NCBI GenBank assembly: GCA_034780895.1
Contig: JAUZTB010000033.1
Coordinates: forward strand, 38,045,605-38,109,604
Direction: 5' to 3'
Length of the DNA stretch: 64,000 nt
Source of the DNA: Rhynchobatus australiae
Taxonomy: Eukaryota
Shown: positions 1 through 12,588 of the stretch, piece by piece
How the letters are laid out: every line of letters begins with the position of its first letter
Position numbering within the stretch: position 1 is the stretch's first letter
Position numbers and translations under genes: made by a program
Notes under the pieces: model-generated
Told to the model about the DNA's origin: nothing
The model's database searches: none
The model's input: the letters and a program-made list of their open reading frames with translations, nothing else

Positions 1-1349
1 GGCAGACATATTGAAAGGTGGAATCACATAGTTTAGGGATCTGGCAGCTGAAGGCACAATCTCTAATGGTGAGGTGAATAAATTGGAGATTATCAAGAGG
101 CGATAATGAAAGCATCACAGATATCTCAAAGGGTTATAACACTGAACGAGATTACAGAAATGGAAAAGTACAACCATAGAAGGACTCGAAAATAAAGATG
201 AAACTTTAAAAAATTGACCATTGCTGATCCAGAAGCAAACTGGATGGTAAGTAAACCGAGGTGAAGGGGATGGTGCAAGTTAGGATATGGGCAGTGGAAG
301 TTTTCATGACCTCTGCTTTACAAAGTGGAACAAGAGAAATTGGCCAGATATGTACTGGTATAATTATGTCTAAAGGCTATAAAGGGATGGACAAAAGTTT
401 CAGCAGCAGATTAGCTGATGCAGGGAGTTGAAATAGCCAATTTTAGTGATGTCATGGATAATTCAGCCTAACCTCTTCAGTAGGTCATGTAAAGCACAAA
501 GATTGCAAACCAGGCAGGCAGGAATTAAGCACTGTGTAACTTATGAGGGTTAATGATCTGAATTGCTAGTGCCAAGTACTATATTGAGATACCCAATCCT
601 GAAATGCTCGATGAGCCCAGTGTGTTCCAAGGCCCACATCTAGTGTTAAGGTGACAGAGAGCTGTGTGCAAGACCCATCGGAGTTACAAAAATAATCCAA
701 CTTAAAGCTCACGTCATAGTCATGCAAAATGGGTGAGAAAGTGGACTACAATTTAAAAAGCAATTCTGTCTTTCTCAGGCATCTCCCTTCACTTCTACTT
801 CTGTGTCAGTCTACCCCCGCCACCAATTCCCACACCCCAACCTCGAATACTGCTTGATGCAGGATAGGCAGCCAGTTGTCCTTTACTGTTATAGATATCT
901 AAAATAGAATGCTGCCATTTCTGATTTGTTTTTAGTGATGTATCCACAAGTAAATCATCTAAATGAGCTGATCACTTATCCTTGGCCAATCCTTGTGTGC
1001 ATTCAATCCACTGCACAGTGCAGGAGTTGCATTATCAATCTTACAGATTTTTGCAGATACATGTGCAAGACCTGACAGTGAGAAATAAATAATTCATCAG
1101 AACAAGTTGTTCCATTTTACAGGTCTATTACATCATGTGCTGTGGATGGAGAACTCACTTTCTGCTTCTCTGGACTCTGTAGGAACTAAGTGCAAATTTG
1201 ACAGCTAGGTTTTCCCGTACCCTTCCTTGTGACTGGTTTAACAGCTATGTTCTACTCTGTATAACTGCAGGAGAATTGCAGACTATTTTATGGTGTTTCT
1301 TTTCATTAATAGCAGTATTAAACTGATAATGTTTTTGTTTTGTTTACAG

Positions 1350-1487
1350 GGCTATGGAGGGGAGGAAAAGGTGTACATTGCTACTCAGGGACCAATTGTG
1401 AACACTGTGTCGGATTTCTGGACAATGATTTGGCAGGAAAGGTCAACCATTGTTGTCATGATTACAAACCTGGAGGAGAGGAATGAG
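1350..1487 (+). CDS. PTPN5: PTPN5 exon (138 nt) [46 protein letters not shown]
   Basis: tttacag acceptor, gtactg donor, PTP motif YIATQGP. Confidence 0.93.
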
Positions 1488-4400
1488 GTACTGGGNNNNN
1501 NNNNNNNNNNNNNNNNNNNNNNNNNNNNNNNNNNNNNNNNNNNNNNNNNNNNNNNNNNNNNNNNNNNNNNNNNNNNNNNNNNNNNNNNNNNNNNNACAGC
1601 TGTCAGCACCACTGACTCTTTAAAAGAGAAGGGAACTACTGGACAAGGCAGTTTGCATTAATCAGAAAATATTTTTACTTTCATGCTGGTATTCCTTCAG
1701 TACTTTTAACCACAAGTTTTATGCATCTGTTAGTTTACTCAGTGCATGCCAGCATCATAACAATGCACCTGATCTTGTTTGTTCCTGACCACATTTTCAG
1801 TATTATCACCTTTTGCCAGGATGGCTAATTGAAAACAAATAGGGGACTGACTCCTCTTAGTCACTATGCTCCAGTGCTGCATCAGACAGTCCACTTTACC
1901 CAAAAAGCACAATTGTTCTATCCTCTATAAAACTGCAATCTCACATTTTAATTGTGTAGACAGTCATTCTGCTTAACAGATCAGAATGCTGATTAGTCAG
2001 CAGGAAGTTGGCAGGATAATGAAGTTAAGATCTTGATGGTCAAATCCCATGAGCAATCTTAATCACTTTGCACTCATTTTCCCATGAGATGAGCAGGGTT
2101 TAAATGGCTTCTCTTGCTTCCATTTGCCAGAGGAATGTGAAGAAATCCTTGCAATAGTCAGAGGATTCCAGGTAGATAGGATACACCAGAGAGGGACATT
2201 TGCCTCTATCTAACTGAAAGATGCTTCTGAGAAAGCTTCTCCACCATCAGGCTTTTTAGTGCTGTTGCCACATGTCAACATTTCCAGGACTTAGTATCTT
2301 TAGAAAGAGATCCAATACTATATTCAATTCTTCTTCATGAAGAGCACAATACAATGGATNNNNNNNNNNNNNNNNNNNNNNNNNNNNNNNNNNNNNNNNN
2401 NNNNNNNNNNNNNNNNNNNNNNNNNNNNNNNNNNNNNNNNNNNNNNNNNNNNNNNNNNNTTCAAATTCCACCACTAGCCAATTATCACAATCAATCTTTA
2501 TATATTAAGGATAAGGAAAGCAAACATTGTACCAACTAATAGTCTTTACAAAAATTAAACTAATCATTGTTAGTGGCTTTCTAAAAGTGCTCTTGGCATT
2601 CCTGGTGCTTCTTGAACTGTAGCTAATTGGTTACAACATGTGTGGCAAATGTCTGCTGAGAATTTGAAGGGTGTAGTTGAGGTGTCCTCCTGCAATACCT
2701 TCAAAGGACTATGGGCCATGGCTTAGATTGCACTATCTCTGCATGGATTATAGTCTGGGTGGACAGACTATAAGAGCAATGATGAAGCTGGAAGTGGGAA
2801 TACTGCCATCCAGACGAAGGTTGTAGGCTGCTGTGCTTTCCTCGTATTACTTTAGGACAGGACAACTGTTCAGCCAGTTTAGTGATCTACTGGAGAGACG
2901 TTCTCTGAACTCCACAAGCCACTTTCAAACAAATTGGCCAAAGCCAATGAGGCAGATGCATGAGCTTCCAATCCAGTGCTCTGTCAATCCATAGATTATG
3001 GTGATTGCGCTGGTTATCTTCCATTGCAACTGCTAATCATATCATGTAGGTTGGTCAGCATTCCATGCAAGTTGCAATGGCTGTATTGGAAGCTGGGAAA
3101 CAAATCACCAAACACTGAAAGATTTTGAGTTCCATAGATAGTTGGATAGAATTGGCCATCCTCCAAGTTGGAGAGTATTTTGGCTACCCTATGAACCAAG
3201 TATGTAGTTTGTTAAACTAATTAATCTTTTCCTGAAGCTTCGCCTAGTAGAGTGCTCATCTAATTCCTCTGCAACAGAACTAGAATTCAACCTTGCTCTG
3301 GCACTCTTATATAGTGTAACTGTTGTTGACTAATGCCTGATGAGGATCCTTCTCCTCTGCTACCTCTGTGATACAATGTGTAATCATACCCTGTGCGGTT
3401 TTCGAATAAGAACTGTCGATACACAAAAAAAACAGTTTTCCAAATACCTCCAAAAATAGGCCATGAGTTCTTCCATTACAGTGTAAACTTCCACTAACAG
3501 TGCCTTCTCAAAGGGAATAAGTCACAGAGTTATACTTCCCCTACCTTAGTTAGGTGTTTATAGCTCTTGTTGTATGAGATTCTCTCCTAAAATTGAGAGA
3601 AATGGCAAATGTGAACAAGTGTATTGGCAGTTGTGATCGTTTGTGATGTGTTACATGACTGAAAGCTGGGAGGTTTGTATGAGGTGTGAAAAATGCTGTT
3701 GTACGATGTAATAGTGTGGAATGTCTGAAATAAGATGGTGGTGTAACTTGATTAAGGTGTGACTGTGGTCTTGGTCCAGTTAACGATAAATGTAGTTTTG
3801 GGATGGAATCTTGATGAGTCATGGCAAATTGTAATATTTTTTTACAGCATATCCTTGGAGCAGTCATCCTGGCTGTGGCCTCCTCATGGATTTTCTCCAT
3901 GGCTTTCTTCCCTCTTTTGGAAAGAATATCACATCTCCCCACCCACCCGCACCCTATATTTTGTGAACCAAGATCTCCAGTGATGTCACTGAGAACCTAC
4001 GTGTCCTCTCCCTCCATTCCTGAGCTTTTCTTAGAAGTGCCATCCCCTGTCAGCCTGCACAATGTACACCCTCAGTACAAATGTCTATGTGGAAGCTGTA
4101 CATACTGCAGTGTTTCTACTAATTGGCAGTTTAGCACCAAACTTACAGGACTCAGTTTCAGTGGCTCCAGAAATGATGAAAACAAGGCAAACAGCAGTTA
4201 GTTCCAGGATTATGGCTTAATTGAGGATTTTAAGATGGCAAGTTTATTAACACTGTACTCATTGAGTACCTCCTTTCACACCTAATCCAACATATTTCCC
4301 AATGGCTTTTTAATAGAAACCTTGATCTGCAACTACTTATTTAGAAGTCTGCTTTTCCTTTGTAGGAAGATTGATCGTTGAAAATCTTAAAATGAATTGG

Positions 4401-7400
4401 AAGAATCGAATGCAAATTAGGAAATTGCTTTGCTGAATGTATGTTTCTTTCAGAGAGTATTAGTTCTTAGTGTTCTCAGACATCCTTTTAAAAGTCCCTT
4501 CTATTCCATTTCTGACCTTTTACATAGGATATATGGCACAGAAATAGGACATGTGGCCTATCCAGTTCATGCTTATTACATTATAAATGGCTACTTTTTC
4601 TCTTTCCTCTGAACTAATGCAGTGAGGAACAGGAACAATATTTCATACTTTTCTTGGGCTTTCTGTACAGCTCTGGTCAGAAGAGTTAAGATTCTTGGGT
4701 TTGTTTTTAAATTTGTAATTTAATTAATGACCTGAGTATTATCTGGTGTGTGTATTTTGGTATCAAGTACAGCTTGTATTAAGCTTATTGGTGATACTTC
4801 ACCAATGATTCAATAACCTGTTCAAATTAACTTTAGAAGAAAGAAATTTGAGTTTGTCCTCAATCTTCTCGCCTCTGATCTGGGCAGCAAACCCAATTCA
4901 GCAAAATTCAGCCCATCAACAATGGGAACACAGGAGACACAAGCAACTGTGGATGCCGGAATGTGGAGCAAAAAACCTTGTGCTGGAAGAACTCAGCGGG
5001 TGAAGTAGCATATGTGGAGGTGAAGAGATGGTTGATGATTTGGGTCAAGACCCTGCATCAGGACTGAGGTGTANNNNNNNNNNNNNNNNNNNNNNNNNNN
5101 NNNNNNNNNNNNNNNNNNNNNNNNNNNNNNNNNNNNNNNNNNNNNNNNNNNNNNNNNCTCAGTGATGAGTGAAACAATAAGGGGGGGGGGGATCTAGAAA
5201 AGGGGATACATCCTCCTTACTAACCCACTCACACTTAGTTTTCATTGATACAATAAAAGATCATCTACTGTTCCTAAATGCAATTTAGTTGTACAAACTT
5301 TGAGGTAACGACATGAATCCTTCCATCTATTCAGTGTGGACTGGAAACATTCCATTCTGAGTAAAACATAGGTCCTTCACCTCACCACACCCATACTGAC
5401 CCATTTGTCTGCATTAGTGCTGTATCCTTTTTTGCCTTGCCTAATTAACAATCTATCTAAATGTCTCTTAAGCGTAGTAATTGTATCGGATTTCACCACC
5501 TCCTCTGGCAATACCTTCCAGATATCAACCACTCTCTGTGTAAAAAAAAATTACCTCCTGATCCCCTTTAAAACTCCTACCTTTTCCCTTAAACCTGTAC
5601 CCTCTTGTTTTGGTGCAGCCCTTTTAATTAACTACTCTCTTTCAAGTGTATTCCTCTGTTTCATTATTTCAGAAATGTACAGTGTATTGGCCTGAGTATC
5701 AAGCCAATTATCAAGGAATTGAAGTCATTGTCAACAATGTTCTACATGCAGATGATTACAGTTTGAGAAACATCACCCTGAAGGTGAGAGAATGTTGTCT
5801 TTTGGACCTTGATTGTAACTATTATTGTTGGATCAAGTATTCTTGAAGAGTATTATTTATTCACACAAATAATATTATTATTTTCCATCTCTTTAACTAA
5901 ATAAACTAATTATTTCCCATGAAACCCTACCTTTTCATTATTTGATATGCACTATCACACTGTGCCATATAGATGACTACAAGTATGAAAGACTTGAAAA
6001 TATAACTAATTCAGAAACAAATGGGCTTTGTAAAAGACGTCGGTGGTCTAACAGGAGCTTTGAGAATTTTGAAATAAATCATTAGAATTATTTCAGACAG
6101 CTGATTCACTGTTGAAGAGTTCAAACACCAGAGGAAATCAAAAGTAAAAAGAATTCAGCTGATGCATTTGTAAAGGATAGTTAAATAACTAGGGAAATAC
6201 ATTTGAACAGTCACTACAGATGAAGTTGGGACAATTGGATTTTTTTTTAACACAGTAAAGACTGAGCAGATTGGTTGGAAGATTGGGATCTATAAAAAAG
6301 GAAGAACCTGTTGTGTCTGATGCTGTTTCGTCATTCTTAATTTTGTTCCACTCCTGTGCACAATTCCTACAGAAGCAGAGACAATGGGGCCAACCTTCAA
6401 TTTCAGTAGCATCAAAGCAGTGGTGCTCACCTAAACTAATTTTTATTTCCACAGAAGTCAACACAAATTCATGTGAAAGAATTGGACTTATTTTGTGAAC
6501 CCTCCCCACACTCCCTTTTGAAATCAAGGCCATGGCCAGGAGCTGAAGGATTTGGGGGTCTGAGTGTCTTATTGAAGAAGGAATCCTTATTGCTGTAAAA
6601 TTAAGGCACCCAATCTAAAATGACTGTTGCATACGCAGAAGCTACCAATATCTGTGTATTGCAGGAGAAGCTGTAACTTCTTTCATGGCTCTAGTTCAGG
6701 TTTAAAGGGACTTTAAGAGTGTTACAGCAGTCCAGGAATCAGTCCTCCAACAAATTACAATGCAATAAGAAGCCGTGGGTTTGTGGCACAAATCTGCTAT
6801 TCTCTTTTAGGATGTTGACATCCGTCCTCCTATAAAAGGCGATCTATATTCCAAATTTATTCACAGCAGAAAAGGAGGCCAGTCAGTCTACTGAGTCTTT
6901 GCTAGCTCTCAGAAAAGTCCCATTCCGCCTCTTACTTCCTTGTAATCTATTCTCTCACATGCCCATCAACCTTCCCCCCAACCGCCCACCTACATGGGGA
7001 ATTATTTGTCCTGTACCAATTAATCTAACAGGCAGTCCATCTTCAGGACATGTGAGGAAACCAGAGGACCAAGGGAAACCCACACGGTGACATGGACAAT
7101 GTGCAAACTCCACACAGACAGCACACGAGATGAACCTGGATTGCTGAAACTGTGAGGCAGCAGCTTTACCTGCTGCACTACCATGCTGATATGCAGTGTC
7201 AGCCAGCCAGCTAAAATTGACTACTAACTTTAAAAGATACGCTGCAGACATGGACCAGTATATCACCCATAAAATTCCAACCAAATCCACATTCCTAGAA
7301 TTCAAACAACTAGTGCCTCTTTGTGACCACAGTTTTCTAAACAAAATTCTAAACTGAAGCTATTTTTATACACTGTTCATTGGGAAAGGAATAAAATAGT

Positions 7401-10400
7401 CCCTGTAAAATGAACATGACTAATCATAATATTCAAAGCAAATGGGGAGTAAAGTTAAATAACAACTTTCTTTACTCCAGATAACAAATTAATAGGCAAA
7501 CTTGTAGATTTTTAAACCAGAAATTAAAAGATTAAAACATAAATAAAGACTAAATTAACTTTCATTCAGAACATTCACCTCTTACTTGAATAATAATATA
7601 GTATATTCCTTTCAGAATTTCTATGAATTTTTCTTCTTTCTGCTGTTCTTGTTTACATACTCTCATATACAAATATATCTCTAAATAAGAAGGATTCAAT
7701 CCCAAAACCATCTGGAAACATATCAAAATTTCATTTATCACATCCTATGTGCTGACCAGCTAAATTTCTCCACACGAGAGTTTTCAAATTACGTTCTTCT
7801 GGTTTTAGGATGGTTTTGAGGAACGACATTTAAAGCACTATTGGTACACATCCTGGCCAGATCAGAAGACACCAGACAATGCTCGACCACTTTTACAACT
7901 GGTCCAGGAAGTGGAAGAAGCTAGAATGCAAGCAAAGAAGGACAGTCATGGACCAGTAATAGTCCATTGCAGGTAGAACAAAGAACTTTATATAATTTCA
8001 GAGCTAGAACCTTGCTGTACTTTTCCAGACTCAATCTTTCCCATGAACTTAGCTCTTATAATTCCGGCTCCTTCACCTGCAAAATTTAAACATTCACATA
8101 TGAAGTCATTTAATCTCTGCTTCCTGATTTGCTTATCCTTTTTTTTTGTGGTAATCTAGTTTTTTTGTTGATATAGCTCTTCACCAGTCTTCTCCGTCAT
8201 TAAAGCAAGCTCCAGAATGATTTCCGCAGCTGGATTCCAGTAGAAAGGGATGCTCTCAACCAAATTCGATTTTACTCCACTCACTTGTTGTCTTAAGTGT
8301 GCAAAATATAGAGTCCCATCACTTTATGTGGAATAAATTATTTATTTGGTTTACTTGTTATTGTATTGCAGTGCGGGCATTGGGAGAACAGGTTGTTTTA
8401 TTGCCACCAGCATCTGTTACAGAGAGCTGAAGTATGCTGGCGTGGTTGATGTACTGAGGACAACTTGTCAGCTAAGGATAGACAGGTAATTGTGAAAGAT
8501 AATTGCAGACATAAAGGGTTTTAGCAATGGTACATCAATGAAATTGGGGGAAAAGCACAGAATATGAAGAAGATTTGTAATAATGGTACAGCAAGAATAA
8601 AACAATCATTTTCTTAGCAAACACTAATAATCTACCAAAGTATTTCTAGTTAAAGTAAATGTCTCATTTTATTCACCACTGGACTACAAAAATCTTATTG
8701 AATATATGCAAAGACTGCAGGTACAAAAATACTGTTGATTAATCAATTTATTTTGTAGAAATCCTTATTATGTATCAGCATAATTCTCTTATGGCTTAGG
8801 GATTATGCCTTTTCTCATTTATAATTACATTATTTTCCAAACTATTTGAAAACAAGATGGAGAATAACTCTCTATTGGAAGAATTGTGAGAGAGGGCCAA
8901 ATTAAGAACCAATTCTTTACACCCCACCAATTCTTTTTTCATTCTTATCCAATTCCCTTTTGAGATCTATGAACAAATCTCCCTCTGCCAACCTTTCTGC
9001 AGACCTTTCAAATGCCAATCACTTGCTTTTGTAAAAAGCATTTCTTTATGTTGCCATTGGTTCTTTATACCATGGAGATCATTTTAAACCTGTGTTCTCN
9101 NNNNNNNNNNNNNNNNNNNNNNNNNNNNNNNNNNNNNNNNNNNNNNNNNNNNNNNNNNNNNNNNNNNNNNNNNNNNNNNNNNNNNNNNNNNNNNNNNNNN
9201 NNNNNNNNNNNNNNNNNNNNNNNNNNNNNNNNNNNNNNNNNNNNNNNNNNNNNNNNNNNNNNNNNNNNNNNNNNNNNNNNNNNNNNNNNNNNNNNNNNNN
9301 NNNNNNNNNNNNNNNNNNNNNNNNNNNNNNNNNNNNNNNNNNNNNNNNNNNNNNNNNNNNNNNNNNNNNNNNNNNNNNNNNNNNNNNNNNNNNNNNNNNN
9401 NNNNNNNNNNNNNNNNNNNNNNNNNNNNNNNNNNNNNNNNNNNNNNNNNNNNNNNNNNNNNNNNNNNNNNNNNNNNNNNNNNNNNNNNNNNNTTTGTGTT
9501 GCCTTCACATTTTGAAACATCCCTATACATTCCAAATTCAAGTTATTAATATGTATCAGGAAAAATAATCCTCTCTGCACCACAGACTTTAGTTTGAAAA
9601 ACAATTGTTCACCTTTTACTCTGTTTTCTGTCCCCAGGCCAATTTCTTATCCACACTGTTTCTTTTATTACAATGCCTTCAACCTTTCTGGCAACCTATT
9701 ACATGGCACTTTATCAAAAGTCCATATACACTTCAACCACGCTGACCTCATTAACCGTATCAATTCAATCAGATTAATTAAACACAATTTGCCTTTTGGC
9801 ACAGAAATAGTTGATATAAGAGCAGTACAATTTGTTCTTTTAAGAATATAACAGCAATCATTCTTTATAGAATTTTTATTCTGGTGGAAAACTTCTTTTA
9901 TATCTGCTTGGGATAAAAGTATTTTGGATTGCTTTCACAAATAATTTGAAAGTGATCCAAAAGGAATATAAAAAGCCTTTGCAAGCTAACATTTCAAATG
10001 AAAGCTGTGATCAGCATTGTTTTATTTTAGAGGAGTACCCCAGAAGCAAACAAGATCACTGTAAATAGATGATTACTTTTCTTGGTCAAAAATGAGCATG
10101 AAAGGATTCAATATAACAGAGGTCATGCATGCACACATTGCAAGTTGGTATTGGTTTATTATTGTCACTTGTACCGAGTTCTTCTTCAGTCAAAATCCAT
10201 TATGAGAAAATAGCAAAAGATATATCCATGACCCATATTCAAAGCTGGTATTAAGTCTTCTCCAGGTGCAATAGAAGACCTAGTTTTAATATTTTTCATT
10301 AAATGGGCTTTTGGCAATCATCTTAAGTTTCAAACTTCATCTAGTTCTATCCTGGAATGGTTACTGGATCTATGACTTAAATAGGATATTATGTCATGGA

Positions 10401-11048
10401 TAGGATACTTAAGTCATCGCAGTCCAAATGATGGGTCCCAACCCAAAAAGTTGACAGTACACTTCTCTGCATAGATGCTGCCTGACCTGCTGAGTTCCTC
10501 CAGCATTTTGTGTGTGTTGCACTTTGGCAAAATGGTCAAATCTACCACTAAAAATGCTCAATGTGATGGGATGGTAATGCCATGACATCAGATATATACC
10601 ATTTCACATTTGCATGTACAAAATGAGGGAGAAGGATGTCAAATGTGGAGATTGGGAATGGTTGTGCAATCAACAATTGAATAAGTTCTTTGGAAAATAC
10701 AAGAGTAAATGCAAGGCAGCTGAGATCTGAAAGTGCAGGTGAAAGTTCCCAGAGCTGACTCCCTGTCAATGGAAGTGGCAAACTGTGACATTCAATAATC
10801 TCTGAATTTCCTAGTGTGAATTATTATGATTCTTGCACTAAACAACATTAGCTGCCATAGGATTTCTGAGTTTCTTCAGTGTTTCGAATAAATTGAAAGT
10901 ATTTTGCACTTCCACAGGAACCTTACCTGATGTTGATGTTGTATTCTTTCTTAGGGGAGGGATGATCCAGACATGTGAACAGTACCAGTTTGTGCACCAT
11001 GCCCTGAGCTTGTGTGAGAGACAGTTATCCCAACAAGCAGAGGAGTGA
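1350..11048 (+). CDS. PTPN5: PTPN5/STEP KIM-family tyrosine phosphatase, 3' part (5 coding exons: 1350-1487, 5673-5783, 7809-7972, 8372-8485, 10955-11048); 5' exons lie upstream of the window
   Basis: Spliced translation [15 protein letters not shown]...KCTVYWP...[14 protein letters not shown]...[17 protein letters not shown]...[16 protein letters not shown]; all introns GT-AG with consistent phases; [15 protein letters not shown] and [11 protein letters not shown] fit PTPN5 rather than PTPRR/PTPN7. Confidence 0.93.
3780..3945 (-). mobile_element. Degenerate Myb/SANT-like (trihelix) coding remnant, probably PIF/Harbinger-derived
   Basis: Minus [27 protein letters not shown] resembles the WEEIAxxVNAxxxxxRTxxQCRKK pattern. 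Confidence 0.35.
4930..5073 (-). mobile_element. Penelope-derived short repeat (chondrichthyan ...GATGCTGCCTGACCTGCTGAG family)
   Basis: Reverse complement reads cctgatgcagggtcttgacccaaatcatcaac...tgctacttcacccgctgagttcttccagca. Confidence 0.7.
5673..5783 (+). CDS. PTPN5: PTPN5 exon (111 nt) [37 protein letters not shown]
   Basis: tttcag / gtgaga splice sites; KCxxYWP motif. Confidence 0.93.
6990..7185 (-). mobile_element. HE1/V-SINE-like tRNA-derived SINE
   Basis: ggaaaccagag..gggaaacccacacggtgaca..gcaaactccacacagacagc..ctgtgaggcagcagc is the reverse of the V-SINE core and head. Confidence 0.75.
7809..7972 (+). CDS. PTPN5: PTPN5 exon (164 nt) containing the WPD loop and VHC
   Basis: ttttag / gtagaa; [54 protein letters not shown](S). 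Confidence 0.94.
8372..8485 (+). CDS. PTPN5: PTPN5 exon (114 nt), catalytic P-loop
   Basis: ttgcag / gtaatt; (S)[37 protein letters not shown](R). Confidence 0.94.
10421..10520 (+). mobile_element. Penelope-derived short repeat
   Basis: atagatgctgcctgacctgctgagttcctccagcattttgtgtgt shared with the copies at 21.2, 30.7, 38.3 and 49.8 kb. Confidence 0.75.
10955..11048 (+). CDS. PTPN5: PTPN5 terminal coding exon (Q loop, stop TGA)
   Basis: ttcttag acceptor; [30 protein letters not shown]. Confidence 0.94.
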
Positions 11049-11289
11049 GTGACAACGATCCAGCCATGGACCAAAGGGACAGAAAAAGTCTTGTTGACTA
11101 TTTTATGATCATAGTTTTACGTCATTCATCAGAAAAATGATGCTGAGGTGTGTGTNNNNNNNNNNNNNNNNNNNNNNNNNNNNNNNNNNNNNNNNNNNNN
11201 NNNNNNNNNNNNNNNNNNNNNNNNNNNNNNNNNNNNNNNNNNNNNNNNNNNNNNNGTTTTCCGTCATTCATCAGAAAAATGATGCTGCG

Positions 11290-11316
11290 GTGTGTGTGTG
11301 TGTGTGTGTGTGTGTG
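11290..11316. repeat. (TG)n microsatellite
   Basis: Direct reading. Confidence 0.95.
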
Positions 11317-11348
11317 CATGGTTCTCAACCATAATGTTTCAGTGTAGG

Positions 11349-12588
11349 TGATCTTGACATGCAATATCCTAGCCTTCTCATGTTTAAAAAACAGTTTTAC
11401 AGTTTATCAATTGTGCAGGAGTTAAAACATCAAATACACTAGTACCTCACTTAGCACTCAGAATATGTTCCCAGGAATGAGAGCGCTAATAGAATTTGTA
11501 CTAAAAGGGCCCTTACAGACTGTTCATACAGAAATATCTAATTGAAAACGCTGCTGTGCCAGAAAACTGGAGCAATCCCCTGTGCTCCCTGCACCCAGGT
11601 GCTGCTGTGCTCGGAAACTGATTGCTGGGAATTTGGAGTGAATCCAGCAATCAATTGGTATGAAGAAGCTGCTGGAGGGGGGTGGTGTTAGGTGGGCTGT
11701 CATGAGCCGTGTGGCTACTCAGCATTGAGATGTTGGGCTCAGGGCTGTAGCTTGTCTGCGACAGTGAGTGTAGACCATTGTGTTGACAGACTGTCCAGAT
11801 CCTACCAACTCTCTCATCACCATCATGTTTTGGATATGAGGGAAACTGATGTCTCCCATCCCTGCTTGTTTGGCAGTACAGCTCTCTCCAACCCAGAGGT
11901 TTCTCTATGATAACAAACTCCATAATGGTCACTGGCCTTTGAACTTGTGCAGCCAAATTGATTGGGGGCTCCAGCTTCTATCACATCCAAGAGGAGATGA
12001 TGAGATGGTAGGATCTNNNNNNNNNNNNNNNNNNNNNNNNNNNNNNNNNNNNNNNNNNNNNNNNNNNNNNNNNNNNNNNNNNNNNNNNNNNNNNNNNNNN
12101 NNNNNNNNNNNNNNNNCTGAATAGTCTGTCAGCATTTGGGGCAGCTGCTGCCTGTCCCCAGCACCAGCCTGCGCTCACTGTGCTGGGTAGGATGCAGCCC
12201 TGAGCCCCACACCTCAGAGGTAAGTGGCTGCACTGCTCACCCCGGCTCCCCACAATATCCAGCCCTCACTGGCATCCTCTTCACATTATGCCGTGGATGT
12301 AACATCGATGTAAAAGTGCCTGTGGAAATAGGGATTTGCCCAAATTCCTGACAGAATAGCACGCAGCCCAAGCGAAGATTTCTTTGAAGAACAGGGTCTT
12401 ACATGCCTGTGCATGTTCAGACTGGAGGACCAAAGTGTTCTGATAAATCAACACTCTGCAGGGTGGCACTAAGCAAGATACCAGTGTATTGTTGAGTGTG
12501 TAAAGCGTTTGTGTCTAAATAGGTATTTCTCACATCATAGGACATGCAGTGTTTCATCTAGGTTTCCAAAGTGATGTTGCCAGGATCA
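11349..12588 (+). repeat. Long degenerate inverted repeat (fold-back) in the presumed PTPN5 3' UTR, centre ~11913
   Basis: Nested complementary blocks, e.g. 11433-11457/12466-12490, 11622-11645/12331-12354, 11702-11771/12171-12240 (48/70 ungapped), 11781-11807/12006-12134. Confidence 0.85.

Noticed and set aside
9012-9604. Long ORFs in the track spanning N runs (also at 16.4, 45.0, 48.4 and 53.2 kb)
   Set aside because: Open only because of Ns
11114-11297. ~42-nt direct repeat on both sides of the gap at 11156-11255
   Set aside because: Overlapping contig ends at a (TG)n microsatellite (2 mismatches); assembly artefact or allelic overlap rather than a real duplication
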